A stretch of DNA of 64,000 nucleotides from Acidobacteriota bacterium (GTDB taxonomy: Bacteria > Acidobacteriota > UBA6911 > RPQK01 > CBDAPI01). Both the position numbers and the translations under genes were made by a program. Where the stretch lies: assembly GCA_965198355.1 (NCBI GenBank), contig CBDAPI010000012.1, positions 269,191-333,190 on the forward strand, read 5' to 3'. The notes beneath the pieces were generated by a model. That model had not been told where the DNA came from, did not search any database, and saw nothing but the letters and a program-made list of their open reading frames with translations. Positions 32,425 to 41,854 of the stretch are shown here, in pieces. The stretch's first letter is position 1. Each line of letters starts with the position of its first letter.

Positions 32425-34074
32425 CCCGGATTATGCAAGAACCGTAATCCGCTGTTGAAAAAGGGCTCGAGAAGTGGCCCAACTCGGAAGCGGGCAGTTG
32501 TGACAGGCGGATTTGCGAAGAATATCGGTTGGCGAGGCGTTTGAGTGGTTGGGGGAGTGAATTTCAGACAGATCTGGGCCTGGATGAGTGTCGGAAGCGG
32601 TTTTTCGGGGAACTGGGAGAAGCTAGCTGGAGTTCAGGCGACTCAAGACGAGGTGAAAGAGGGGTTGTTCGGGAAAGGCTGAGGAAAGATGGACCCAGAT
32701 GCGTCGAGTGGTTTGTCGGATCCGGGCCCCGATCTTGAGGACACGACGACGTAAGGTTTCGATTTCGAGCTTGTGCCAGGGGGTTCCGTGCAGATAGTCG
32801 CGCAGGCGCACGAACATCTGGTAAGCCAGTGCATGCAGGAGGAGTCGAAACTGGTTGGCCAGGAATCGATGACAGCTGAGTCGGTCCATGCTCAGATGAT
32901 TCTTAAAGGCCTTGATGAAGTTCTCGGTCTGCCCTCGGTCGGTGTAGTGGTCATAAAGTGATTGGGAGCAGAGATCGTCCCGGTTGGTGACCACAAAGCG
33001 ACGATTGATCCCGCGCTGATCGACCTCCACTTTGACAATGACGCGACGGGATCGATCCCAGCTGTTGGCTCGATAAAGAAACTCGTCAAACTGACGCTGT
33101 TTTTCCTCCCGCTCAACGAACCTTTCCCGAGTCGAATCCAGCAGGGGCTCGACCACTCGCTGCAGGCGAGGGTTGCGACTTAACCCAATGACATATTGGA
33201 GTTGATTCTCTTCACCTTCACAGAACTCGTAGAGCCGAGGCGTGGCAAAGCCGCTGTCGGCCCGAATCTCAATCTCGACATCCGTCCCCACTGCTTGTCG
33301 GATGGCCTCCACGACGCGCTTCAGAATGGGCACGATGTGAGAGGCAGCCCCCTTGTTGCCAGGTCTCAACACGGCACAGACCAGGTCTCCCGTGGCGGCA
33401 TCGAAGATCAGCAAAGGATGCAGAATGTGGTTTCGGTAATACCCGTGGTAGAAGGCGAACTCCTGTTGGCCGTGAGTGTGGTCGTCGGTACTGTCCAGAT
33501 CCAGGATGATCTTGGCGGGACGTCTCTTCTTCAGGGAGCGCACATAACGGCGTAGCAGCCACCGGCTCAGACGCATCAGATCCTTCTTGGTGACGGAGTT
33601 CTCCAAGCGGGAGAAAGTCGGCTGGGTGGCCAAATCGGGATCGCTCTCGGGCAACTGATCACAGACTGTCTTGAGCATCGGATCCGAGCGCAGCGTATCG
33701 GCGTCATTACAGTCTTCGTAGCCGGCCACGATCTGCAACACTCGTTGTCGGATCAACTTCAACAGGTCATGACGAATGTAGCGTCGGTCCCGGCTTTCCG
33801 CAATACACGAACTGAAGCCCTCGCACAATCGATGTTGCCGATCCAGCGATCCAAACAACAACCATCCTGCGTCGGAAGTGAGGCTCCCCCCATCAAAACG
33901 AGCTGTGATGTCTCTGTGGCTGTGAAATGGCAGGGTATTCTGGCAGACTGTTTTCAACATAGCCGTAGCTCCTGTTTAGGGTTGTTTTTATGTAAACCCT
34001 TTTATATCAGAGAGCTACGGCTTTTTTTCTGGACCCAAATCTCACTCGGATTCAGATCTCTTGCATAATCCGGG
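32425..34074 (-). mobile_element. IS1380-family insertion sequence, copy 2
   Basis: Same IRs; CTAA duplicated at 32421-32424 and 34075-34078. Confidence 0.95.
32623..33960 (-). CDS. IS1380-family transposase
   Basis: Protein identical to 20515-21852. Confidence 0.95.
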   Translation of the reverse strand: MLKTVCQNTLPFHSHRDITARFDGGSLTSDAGWLLFGSLDRQHRLCEGFSSCIAESRDRRYIRHDLLKLIRQRVLQIVAGYEDCNDADTLRSDPMLKTVCDQLPESDPDLATQPTFSRLENSVTKKDLMRLSRWLLRRYVRSLKKRRPAKIILDLDSTDDHTHGQQEFAFYHGYYRNHILHPLLIFDAATGDLVCAVLRPGNKGAASHIVPILKRVVEAIRQAVGTDVEIEIRADSGFATPRLYEFCEGEENQLQYVIGLSRNPRLQRVVEPLLDSTRERFVEREEKQRQFDEFLYRANSWDRSRRVIVKVEVDQRGINRRFVVTNRDDLCSQSLYDHYTDRGQTENFIKAFKNHLSMDRLSCHRFLANQFRLLLHALAYQMFVRLRDYLHGTPWHKLEIETLRRRVLKIGARIRQTTRRIWVHLSSAFPEQPLFHLVLSRLNSS

Positions 34075-34964
34075 CTAAGTAACACGCTCAACGGTGAATG
34101 CGTCGGTTTGGAGGAAATCGACGACGCTATCTATAGCATCTACCTGGGCCATGTCTTGCTGGCCCGCTTTGATTGGAGAGAATGGAAAATCTATCCTTGA
34201 ATCTGTAAACCATGTACCCGGTCTAATCTGTAAACCATCTACCCGGTTGCTGCATGGCCTCCTCGAACACCAAGTTAATTGCGATCTGCAATCCCGACAA
34301 CCCGACGGGGTACATCCTCACTGCGGATGAGATGGAGGAGATCATTGCGGTGGCGGATCGCTGTGGTGCGTGGATCCTGGCGGATGAAGTTTATGCCGGA
34401 GCCGAGAGGCTCCGGGAGCAGCAGACCCCCTCTTTTTTCGGTGGTTACGAACGGGTGATCGCCACCGGAAGTGTGAGCAAAGCGTACGGCTTGCCGGGGC
34501 TGCGGCTGGGCTGGGTTGTTGCACCGGTTCCGCTGGTCGATGAAATCTGGGCCCGACATGAGTACACGACCCTGTCTGCCTCCATGCTCTCCAATCAACT
34601 GGCCGCCATCGCCCTTTCTCCTGAAGTGCGGCCCCTTCTGATTGAACGCACGCGCCGCTATATTCGCAAGGGCTACGCCATCCTGGAGGAGTGGATGGAG
34701 AGTCAGGACGGGCTTTTTTCCGTAGTTCCTCCCCAGGCAGCCGCCATTGCCTTCGTTCGGTATCATGCCGAGATCAACTCGGCAGAGTTCGTGGAGCGGC
34801 TCATCCAGGACAAGAGAGTGCTCATCGTGCCGGGTGATCACTTCGGCTTGGACAGTTTTCTCCGGATCAGTTTCGGTCTCCCACGCGACTATCTGCTCTC
34901 TGGGCTGGACCGGATTCGAGAGCTGATGGAGTACTCCCTGAAAGTGAGCACTTGAGCGGCTGCT

Positions 34965-35000
34965 CTACTAGTCCGCGGGAGTTTCCACCACGGGTGTTAG
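34965..35000. repeat. Family A palindrome between convergent genes
   Basis: CTACTAGTCCGCGGGAGTTTCCACCACGGGTGTTAG; its right end holds the TAA stop of the minus-strand gene. Confidence 0.65.
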
Positions 35001-35584
35001 GGGCTCGGAGGCGTATCCAGAGGGAGCTGGAAGGCTGCCGGTTGGGTCTCGGAGGCAACATCCACGGCCGTGGCCGAGAAGGTGTCGGTGGCCGCCCCGC
35101 TGAACTCTGCCAGCAGCGCGGTCACAGTTTTGACTGCCTCGTCGATCGCCTCGTCAATTCTCTCCGAAGTTGACAGGGCCCGGACTGTGCCATCCGCAGA
35201 AGGATGGACTGGACCTTGAATCACGGGGAGCAGAAAATAAGCGCCTAGGATAATCGGCAAGGAGAAACTTGCGAGCACGACAAAGCCCGAAAAGTTATTC
35301 GATTTCCGTGCCTTTCGACTTTCTCTCAGATCAGCCAGGGCTTCCCGGATTCCCGGCAACTTGGGAGGGACAATTCCCAGAACCTTTTGGACATAGACCT
35401 GGTCAGCAGGTACCAACTCGTCCCACGTCATTTGCTGCCTGGCAGCCGAGAGTCCGTGAAACGTCTCTCCAAACTCGGTCCATTTCTCAGAGCTGGCAAT
35501 GGTCGGAGTGACGTCATGCCGGCAGAACCTGCAGTGGACCGCCGCATCCTGGATAAGCTCGTTGCACTGGGGACACTGTCGCAT
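34997..35584 (-). CDS. Zinc-ribbon domain membrane protein
   Basis: MRQCPQC..HCRFC, one TM segment (FVVLASFSLPIILGAYFLL); the longer track ORF begins inside the IS. Confidence 0.75.
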   Translation of the reverse strand: MRQCPQCNELIQDAAVHCRFCRHDVTPTIASSEKWTEFGETFHGLSAARQQMTWDELVPADQVYVQKVLGIVPPKLPGIREALADLRESRKARKSNNFSGFVVLASFSLPIILGAYFLLPVIQGPVHPSADGTVRALSTSERIDEAIDEAVKTVTALLAEFSGAATDTFSATAVDVASETQPAAFQLPLDTPPSP

Positions 35585-35601
35585 TACAAACCTAATTCTA
35601 G

Positions 35602-37251
35602 CCCGGATTATGCAAGAACCGTAATCCGCTGTTGAAAAAGGGCTCGAGAAGTGGCCCAACTCGGAAGCGGGCAGTTGTGACAGGCGGATTTGCGAAGAAT
35701 ATCGGTTGGCGAGGCGTTTGAGTGGTTGGGGGAGTGAATTTCAGACAGATCTGGGCCTGGATGAGTGTCGGAAGCGGTTTTTCGGGGAACTGGGAGAAGC
35801 TAGCTGGAGTTCAGGCGACTCAAGACGAGGTGAAAGAGGGGTTGTTCGGGAAAGGCTGAGGAAAGATGGACCCAGATGCGTCGAGTGGTTTGTCGGATCC
35901 GGGCCCCGATCTTGAGGACACGACGACGTAAGGTTTCGATTTCGAGCTTGTGCCAGGGGGTTCCGTGCAGATAGTCGCGCAGGCGCACGAACATCTGGTA
36001 AGCCAGTGCATGCAGGAGGAGTCGAAACTGGTTGGCCAGGAATCGATGACAGCTGAGTCGGTCCATGCTCAGATGATTCTTAAAGGCCTTGATGAAGTTC
36101 TCGGTCTGCCCTCGGTCGGTGTAGTGGTCATAAAGTGATTGGGAGCAGAGATCGTCCCGGTTGGTGACCACAAAGCGACGATTGATCCCGCGCTGATCGA
36201 CCTCCACTTTGACAATGACGCGACGGGATCGATCCCAGCTGTTGGCTCGATAAAGAAACTCGTCAAACTGACGCTGTTTTTCCTCCCGCTCAACGAACCT
36301 TTCCCGAGTCGAATCCAGCAGGGGCTCGACCACTCGCTGCAGGCGAGGGTTGCGACTTAACCCAATGACATATTGGAGTTGATTCTCTTCACCTTCACAG
36401 AACTCGTAGAGCCGAGGCGTGGCAAAGCCGCTGTCGGCCCGAATCTCAATCTCGACATCCGTCCCCACTGCTTGTCGGATGGCCTCCACGACGCGCTTCA
36501 GAATGGGCACGATGTGAGAGGCAGCCCCCTTGTTGCCAGGTCTCAACACGGCACAGACCAGGTCTCCCGTGGCGGCATCGAAGATCAGCAAAGGATGCAG
36601 AATGTGGTTTCGGTAATACCCGTGGTAGAAGGCGAACTCCTGTTGGCCGTGAGTGTGGTCGTCGGTACTGTCCAGATCCAGGATGATCTTGGCGGGACGT
36701 CTCTTCTTCAGGGAGCGCACATAACGGCGTAGCAGCCACCGGCTCAGACGCATCAGATCCTTCTTGGTGACGGAGTTCTCCAAGCGGGAGAAAGTCGGCT
36801 GGGTGGCCAAATCGGGATCGCTCTCGGGCAACTGATCACAGACTGTCTTGAGCATCGGATCCGAGCGCAGCGTATCGGCGTCATTACAGTCTTCGTAGCC
36901 GGCCACGATCTGCAACACTCGTTGTCGGATCAACTTCAACAGGTCATGACGAATGTAGCGTCGGTCCCGGCTTTCCGCAATACACGAACTGAAGCCCTCG
37001 CACAATCGATGTTGCCGATCCAGCGATCCAAACAACAACCATCCTGCGTCGGAAGTGAGGCTCCCCCCATCAAAACGAGCTGTGATGTCTCTGTGGCTGT
37101 GAAATGGCAGGGTATTCTGGCAGACTGTTTTCAACATAGCCGTAGCTCCTGTTTAGGGTTGTTTTTATGTAAACCCTTTTATATCAGAGAGCTACGGCTT
37201 TTTTCCTGGACCCAAATCTCACTCGGATTCAGATCTCTTGCATAATCCGGG
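35602..37251 (-). mobile_element. IS1380-family insertion sequence, copy 3
   Basis: Same IRs; CTAG duplicated at 35598-35601 and 37252-37255; one T>C difference near 37205. Confidence 0.95.
35800..37137 (-). CDS. IS1380-family transposase
   Basis: Protein identical to copy 1. Confidence 0.95.
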   Translation of the reverse strand: MLKTVCQNTLPFHSHRDITARFDGGSLTSDAGWLLFGSLDRQHRLCEGFSSCIAESRDRRYIRHDLLKLIRQRVLQIVAGYEDCNDADTLRSDPMLKTVCDQLPESDPDLATQPTFSRLENSVTKKDLMRLSRWLLRRYVRSLKKRRPAKIILDLDSTDDHTHGQQEFAFYHGYYRNHILHPLLIFDAATGDLVCAVLRPGNKGAASHIVPILKRVVEAIRQAVGTDVEIEIRADSGFATPRLYEFCEGEENQLQYVIGLSRNPRLQRVVEPLLDSTRERFVEREEKQRQFDEFLYRANSWDRSRRVIVKVEVDQRGINRRFVVTNRDDLCSQSLYDHYTDRGQTENFIKAFKNHLSMDRLSCHRFLANQFRLLLHALAYQMFVRLRDYLHGTPWHKLEIETLRRRVLKIGARIRQTTRRIWVHLSSAFPEQPLFHLVLSRLNSS

Positions 37252-37418
37252 CTAGGCCACTATGCCAAAACGAGACAGTGATCACTATCGCAAGATTGTC
37301 CGCTAAGGACAGCTTGATCCCTGCCGGTAAAGAGAGCTGGAACACTGGTATTTGGGCATTCCCGGGCACAGGTCTCGCCCGTTTGGACTTCACCCTGAGT
37401 TGGTTTTTCGGTCGTCGC

Positions 37419-37928
37419 TCACTGGCTGTACAAGACGAGTGTCTTGAAGATCCAGGCGGCAACCAGCTCGTCATTCTGATTCAGGACTCGAATCTTCCAA
37501 TCCACCACTCCAACCGGTTGGTTTCTTAGCGGTTTCGCCCGGGCTCGCTTGTGGACGCATTCCAGGCGGGCGCGTATCGTGTCTCCCAGGAATACAGGAC
37601 GAACAAAACGAAGCTTGTCCGAGCCGTAGTTTGCCACCACCGGGCCAGGCCGACTGGACACCATCAGCCCGGTGGCCACCGAAAAGACAAGGCACCCGTG
37701 TGCGATTCTCCGGCCGTACGGAGACTTGCGGGCTGCTTCCCGATCGACGTGAAGGTAGTAGAAATCACCTGTCAGGCACGCGAAGTTCACGACATCTGCC
37801 TCGGTGATCGTCCGAGCAGAAGTTGTGTAGTCGTCTCCGATTGCGACTTCGTCGAAGTATTTTCTTAGCGGGCTGGCCGGATCCGGGGTCCGGGCCGCCA
37901 GTGGCTTCTTCTCATCTCGGGCTTTCAA
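37419..37928 (-). CDS. MaoC-like (R)-enoyl-CoA hydratase/dehydratase, resembling the PaaZ C-terminal domain
   Basis: RTITEADVVNFACLTGDFYYLH, RIAHG, ANYG..LRFVRPVFLGDT. Confidence 0.85.
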   Translation of the reverse strand: MKARDEKKPLAARTPDPASPLRKYFDEVAIGDDYTTSARTITEADVVNFACLTGDFYYLHVDREAARKSPYGRRIAHGCLVFSVATGLMVSSRPGPVVANYGSDKLRFVRPVFLGDTIRARLECVHKRARAKPLRNQPVGVVDWKIRVLNQNDELVAAWIFKTLVLYSQ

Positions 37929-37966
37929 TTAGTACTCCCTACCTAGCAGCCACGGACTGCCAAGCT

Positions 37967-38869
37967 TCAAGGACGCGGGGCGTCCCGGCGTTTCCCCTCT
38001 TTCAGGATCTCGTTGAGCCTTGCTGACTGCGACACCAGGCCGCGGGCTTCATCTGCCGTACAATTCAGTGCGATCATGACGATCGCCGATCTCACGTCGC
38101 CCGTCTCCTTGAGAGCCTTCTCCGCCTCTTCCAGGGAGGTCTTTGCCGCTTCTGCGACGATCCGGATGCCGCGCTTGATCAGCTTGCGGTTGGACAGGTT
38201 TACATTCACCATCAGGCTCGAGTAGACGTTTCCGAGGCGGATCATGGTTGCCGTGCTGATCATATTCAGAACCATCTTTTGAGCCGTGCCCGCTTTCAGA
38301 CGGGTGGAACCGGCCACGACTTCCGGGCCGCATACCACTTCGATAGCCTCGTCGACCAGGCCGGAGATCTCCGAGTCCTCGTTGCACGAGATGGACGCCG
38401 TGAAGGCGCCCTGCTGAGCCGCCTTCTGAATAGCTCCCACGGTGTAGGGCGTGCACCCGCTGGCCGTGATTCCGACCACCGCATCTCGGGATGTCACACC
38501 GGCCCGCACAAGATCCCGCGCACCGCGCGGCTGGTCGTCTTCTACCCCTTCAACCGAGCCGACAGCGGCCCCAGGGCCTCCGGCCAGGATCGCCTGTACC
38601 AGCCTGGGATGTGTTCCAAAGGTGGGAGGACACTCGACGGCGTCGAGCAGGCCCAGGCGACCGCTGCTCCCGGTGCCGACATAGAAAAGCCGCCCGTCAC
38701 CTTCCAGCCGCAAGACGACGATGTCGATGACGCGGGCGATGGACTCCAGTTGCTGCTCGACTGCGGCAGCGACTTGGGCGTCTTCCCGGTTGATTAATTT
38801 CAGAATCCCGACCGTAGAGCGCTGGTCGATGTTCTGGGTGTCGGGGTTGGATCGCTCAGTCAGCAGCAT
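37967..38869 (-). CDS. murQ: N-acetylmuramic acid 6-phosphate etherase
   Basis: TERSNP, GTGSSGRLGLLDAVECPPTFG, EGVED, GPEVVAGSTRLKAGTAQK. Confidence 0.95.
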   Translation of the reverse strand: MLLTERSNPDTQNIDQRSTVGILKLINREDAQVAAAVEQQLESIARVIDIVVLRLEGDGRLFYVGTGSSGRLGLLDAVECPPTFGTHPRLVQAILAGGPGAAVGSVEGVEDDQPRGARDLVRAGVTSRDAVVGITASGCTPYTVGAIQKAAQQGAFTASISCNEDSEISGLVDEAIEVVCGPEVVAGSTRLKAGTAQKMVLNMISTATMIRLGNVYSSLMVNVNLSNRKLIKRGIRIVAEAAKTSLEEAEKALKETGDVRSAIVMIALNCTADEARGLVSQSARLNEILKEGKRRDAPRP

Positions 38870-38911
38870 AAGCCCACACGTTTCTCGAAACAGGGCCCTG
38901 AGAACCCGCTA

Positions 38912-39847
38912 TCACCGCCCTCGGGAACTGTCCAGGAACTTGAAGAAATCGCTGTCCGTGGAGAGGATCAACCACGACTCCTTGTCCAGGGCATCCTCAT
39001 AGGATTCCATTGTCTTCAAGAATTGATAAAAGTCCGGATCCTTGTTGTAGGCAGCAGCGTAGATCGACGTAGCCTCTCCATCAGCCTCACCGATCAGCTC
39101 CTGGGATCTGCGGTAGGCTTCAGATTCAATCTGCTTGAGCTCGCGCTCTTTTTCTCCACGGATCCGTGCGCTTTCCCCATGTCCTTCGGAGAGGTACCTC
39201 TCGGCAATTCGTTGCCGTTCAGCAATCATGCGCTGGTAGGCGTTGGCCCGAACCTCGTCTACGTAGTCGATGCTCTTGAAGCGAACGTCAATCACTTCGA
39301 TGCCAAGAACCTTGGTATCCGCGGCCGAGGTCATCAGAATTTCGGCCATGATCTCTTTCCGCCCTTTCTCAATCGGGTCCAGTTCCGTTATCTCCGATTC
39401 CGGCAAACTGGGATCCGGAGTGACCGTTCGGTTGGTGGAACGGACGAGTTCAACCAGATTGTGCCTGGCAACAGCCTTCTTGGTGGCCCCGTCGATGATG
39501 TCGTCGAGCCGGGTCTGGGCTGTTCCCTCATCTCGCAGGGACTCCAGAAAGAGCCTGGGGTCGGCAATCCTCCAGCGCGCATAGGTATCGACCCAGATAA
39601 ACCTCTTGTCTCTGGTCGTTGCCTGGTCGCTGTCCCCGTCCCATTCCAGAAATCGCTTGTCGAAAAAGTGAGCCTGGTCCACCATGGGCCACTTGAAGTT
39701 AAGGCCCGGTTCCAGGATCGGGTCCCCGATCGGCCTTCCAAACCGGGTGATCACGACTTGTTGGGTTTCGTCCACGACGAAAAGACCATTCCACAAGACG
39801 ATGGCCCCGATGATGAAGATGAGAAGTAACAAAACACTGGTTTTCAT
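38912..39847 (-). CDS. hflC: FtsH protease modulator HflC
   Basis: SPFH domain, TRFG..PGLNFKWP, RMIAER, DPDFYQFLKTMESY. Confidence 0.93.
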   Translation of the reverse strand: MKTSVLLLLIFIIGAIVLWNGLFVVDETQQVVITRFGRPIGDPILEPGLNFKWPMVDQAHFFDKRFLEWDGDSDQATTRDKRFIWVDTYARWRIADPRLFLESLRDEGTAQTRLDDIIDGATKKAVARHNLVELVRSTNRTVTPDPSLPESEITELDPIEKGRKEIMAEILMTSAADTKVLGIEVIDVRFKSIDYVDEVRANAYQRMIAERQRIAERYLSEGHGESARIRGEKERELKQIESEAYRRSQELIGEADGEATSIYAAAYNKDPDFYQFLKTMESYEDALDKESWLILSTDSDFFKFLDSSRGR

Positions 39848-40827
39848 TGTCCTGTCCCCTCCTTTCCGAGTTGCAGCAGCGGCACGATGTTTTGAGCATC
39901 CTTGTTCATGATCAGCTTTCGTCCCACCTTGGGCAGGACCCGATTCAGGGTTTCGATGTAGATGCGCCGTCTCGTCACTTCAGGAGCCCGGCGGTATTCC
40001 GCATAGAGCTGGTCGAAGCGGGAGGCCTCACCCCTGGCTCGGTTGACCCGGTTGACGGCGTAACCTTGTGCCTGGCTGATCTGCTGCTCTGCCTCGCCTC
40101 GAGCCCGGGGAATATCCCGGTTGTACTCACCCCTGGCCTGGTTGATCAGCTTCTCACGCTCCTGCTGGGCCTGGTTGACTTCGTTGAAGGAGGGCTTGAC
40201 CGTGTCCGGCGGTGTTACATCCTGGAGGATGACCTGGACCACTCGGAGACCGGTTTCGTAATCGTCGCACAGTTCCTGAAGCCCGTCTTCGACGGCCTGG
40301 GCCAGCTCGGTTCGACCCACGGTCAGGACCTCGTTCACAGTCCTGTCGCCCACGATTTCTCGCATGACAGCTTCAGTCATGTCTCGAAACGTGGCGCGAA
40401 CATTTCTCACCTTAAAGAGATATTTGAAGGGCTCGGAGATCCGATATTGAACACTCCACTCCACATCGGCAATGTTGAGATCGCCGGTCAGCATCAGAGA
40501 TTCTTGCGGGTAATCGAGACCCGAATAGCGGGTTCTTGTTCCCGGTATCTCGGTTCTGAAGCCGTATTCTTCCTTGAGCTGGCGTTGGGACGGGACAATG
40601 TAGACGTTTTCGATACCAAAAGGCATTTTCAGGTGTAGTCCGGGGCCCATTTTCCGGGAGAGCTTCCCCAGCCTGAGAACAACTCCTTCACTGTCCGCTT
40701 CCACTTGATACCAGGCGGTAAAGAGGAGAATCGCAACCAGGAAGACCGCAACCAGCGGAAGAATCTTCAGCTGACTCAGATTCGGAATCTTCAGCTTTTT
40801 CAAATCGATGTAGTCTTGTGGATCCAT
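39844..40827 (-). CDS. hflK: FtsH protease modulator HflK
   Basis: MLTGDLNIADV, SFNEVNQAQQ, IPRARGEA, APEVTRRRIYIET. Confidence 0.93.
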   Translation of the reverse strand: MDPQDYIDLKKLKIPNLSQLKILPLVAVFLVAILLFTAWYQVEADSEGVVLRLGKLSRKMGPGLHLKMPFGIENVYIVPSQRQLKEEYGFRTEIPGTRTRYSGLDYPQESLMLTGDLNIADVEWSVQYRISEPFKYLFKVRNVRATFRDMTEAVMREIVGDRTVNEVLTVGRTELAQAVEDGLQELCDDYETGLRVVQVILQDVTPPDTVKPSFNEVNQAQQEREKLINQARGEYNRDIPRARGEAEQQISQAQGYAVNRVNRARGEASRFDQLYAEYRRAPEVTRRRIYIETLNRVLPKVGRKLIMNKDAQNIVPLLQLGKEGTGQ

Positions 40828-40971
40828 TGACTACCTCCTTTCTTGTCTTGCAAATAAGCCGCATAAGCCGCACTCGCCCCCCGCGGGGAGCGCGCGACTT
40901 CACAGGGGGCGTTGTTTTCGATTAGGATAGATACCTCCAGGCTATTCTGCCTTGTTCGTGAGAGAAGTTAA

Positions 40972-41064
40972 ATGGGTAGTGTTCTAAAGAAGAAAAGAAA
41001 AAGACGGGGAAAGCTCCGCCGCAAGCGACGGCACCAGATGAGAAAGAACTCACACTCCAAGTGA
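40972..41064 (+). CDS. 30-aa basic protein, bS22 / AURKAIP1-COX24 (DUF1713)-like; below the ORF track cutoff
   Basis: MGSVLKKKRKRRGKLRRKRRHQMRKNSHSK*; the N-terminus matches the MGSV(I)KKRRKR signature of bS22/mS38. Confidence 0.75.
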   Translation: MGSVLKKKRKRRGKLRRKRRHQMRKNSHSK

Positions 41065-41224
41065 TTTCGCCCTCCATCTGGTCGTCCTGACCCTGCCTCC
41101 CGGCAACCTCCTTCTTCCCGATTTGTGGTTCTAGGCTTCACCAAGTATAGTGAGGCGAGGACTCGCCAGCTAGCAGCTTGTGTTACTTCGACCGCATCTG
41201 CCAGGCTTTCACCGAGGAGGATCA

Positions 41225-41854
41225 ATGTCGGAAAACAAGAGGGACGGGAAGGAGAAGCCCGGTTACTCCCGCCGTGATTTTTTCAGAACCGGCGCGGCCG
41301 GGGCCCTGACCGGGAGCCTGGTAGCAGGAGCTGCTTCGACGGTCGCGGCTGCGGCCGCGGATGAGCTCGCCGGACCTGCCCCGGTTTCCATTACTCTCCA
41401 AGTAGACGGAAGGAACCGTTCCCTCGAAGTAGAGCCCAGGATCACACTGCTCGACGCCCTCCGCAATGACCTCGACGTGACAGGCGCGAAGCGAGTTTGT
41501 GATCGCGGTACCTGCGGGGCCTGCACGGTCCTGTTGGACGGCAAGGTCGTGTACGCCTGCTCGGTCCTGGCCATCGATGCTCAGGGAAGTAGGATCGAGA
41601 CCGTGGCCTCGGTTGGATCCTCGACCAACCTGCATCCCGTCCAGCAAGCCTTTGTGGATCACGACGCTTCCCAGTGTGGATTCTGCACACCCGGCTTCAT
41701 CGTCGCCAGCAAGGCGTTGCTGGACAAGCATCCGCAACCATCCAGGCATGACTTGAAAAAGGGCCTGAGCGGGAATCTGTGCCGCTGCGGTACCTATGTG
41801 GGAATCCATGACGCGCTGGCGGACCTGCTCGAGGAGGAGGTGACGAATGGCTGA
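41225..41854 (+). CDS. [2Fe-2S] subunit of a xanthine-dehydrogenase-family enzyme with Tat signal (PaoA/YagT-like)
   Basis: SRRDFF twin-arginine motif plus h-region; CDRGTCGAC, QCGFC, NLCRC; RBS GAGGAGG. Confidence 0.92.
   Translation: MSENKRDGKEKPGYSRRDFFRTGAAGALTGSLVAGAASTVAAAAADELAGPAPVSITLQVDGRNRSLEVEPRITLLDALRNDLDVTGAKRVCDRGTCGACTVLLDGKVVYACSVLAIDAQGSRIETVASVGSSTNLHPVQQAFVDHDASQCGFCTPGFIVASKALLDKHPQPSRHDLKKGLSGNLCRCGTYVGIHDALADLLEEEVTNG

Larger units (their letters stand above)
31398..34200 (+). pseudogene. IS481 transposase interrupted near its C-terminus by IS1380
   Basis: Same as the 382-aa transposase at 54938-56086 up to RSLFL; the rest (SNTLNGECV...KIYP) resumes after 34078. Confidence 0.92.
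31308..34254 (+). mobile_element. IS481-family element, copy 1 (1293 bp) carrying a nested IS1380
   Basis: Subterminal IR arrays CCGGGTACATGGTTTACA; TGG on both flanks; matches 54884-56176 apart from the nested IS. Confidence 0.93.
30869..34955 (+). pseudogene. Class I/II PLP aminotransferase disrupted by IS481::IS1380
   Basis: N-half (FNLSESG, PNYMQ) and C-half (NPDNPTG, DEVY, SVSKAYGLPGLRLGW) rejoin in frame as ...LKDLASSNTKL... once 31308-34257 is removed. Confidence 0.92.

Noticed and set aside
35585-35659. N-terminal MGHFSSPF... extension on the zinc-ribbon ORF
   Set aside because: Mostly derived from the IS1380 end; the same peptide appears at 20374
20317-37251. Composite transposon formed by IS1380 copies
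   Set aside because: Each copy has its own target duplication and the enclosed genes include housekeeping ispG; independent insertions are simpler
41065-41224. Moco riboswitch upstream of the molybdoenzyme operon
   Set aside because: No recognisable Moco/Tuco consensus; only a TATAGT -10-like box and an RBS
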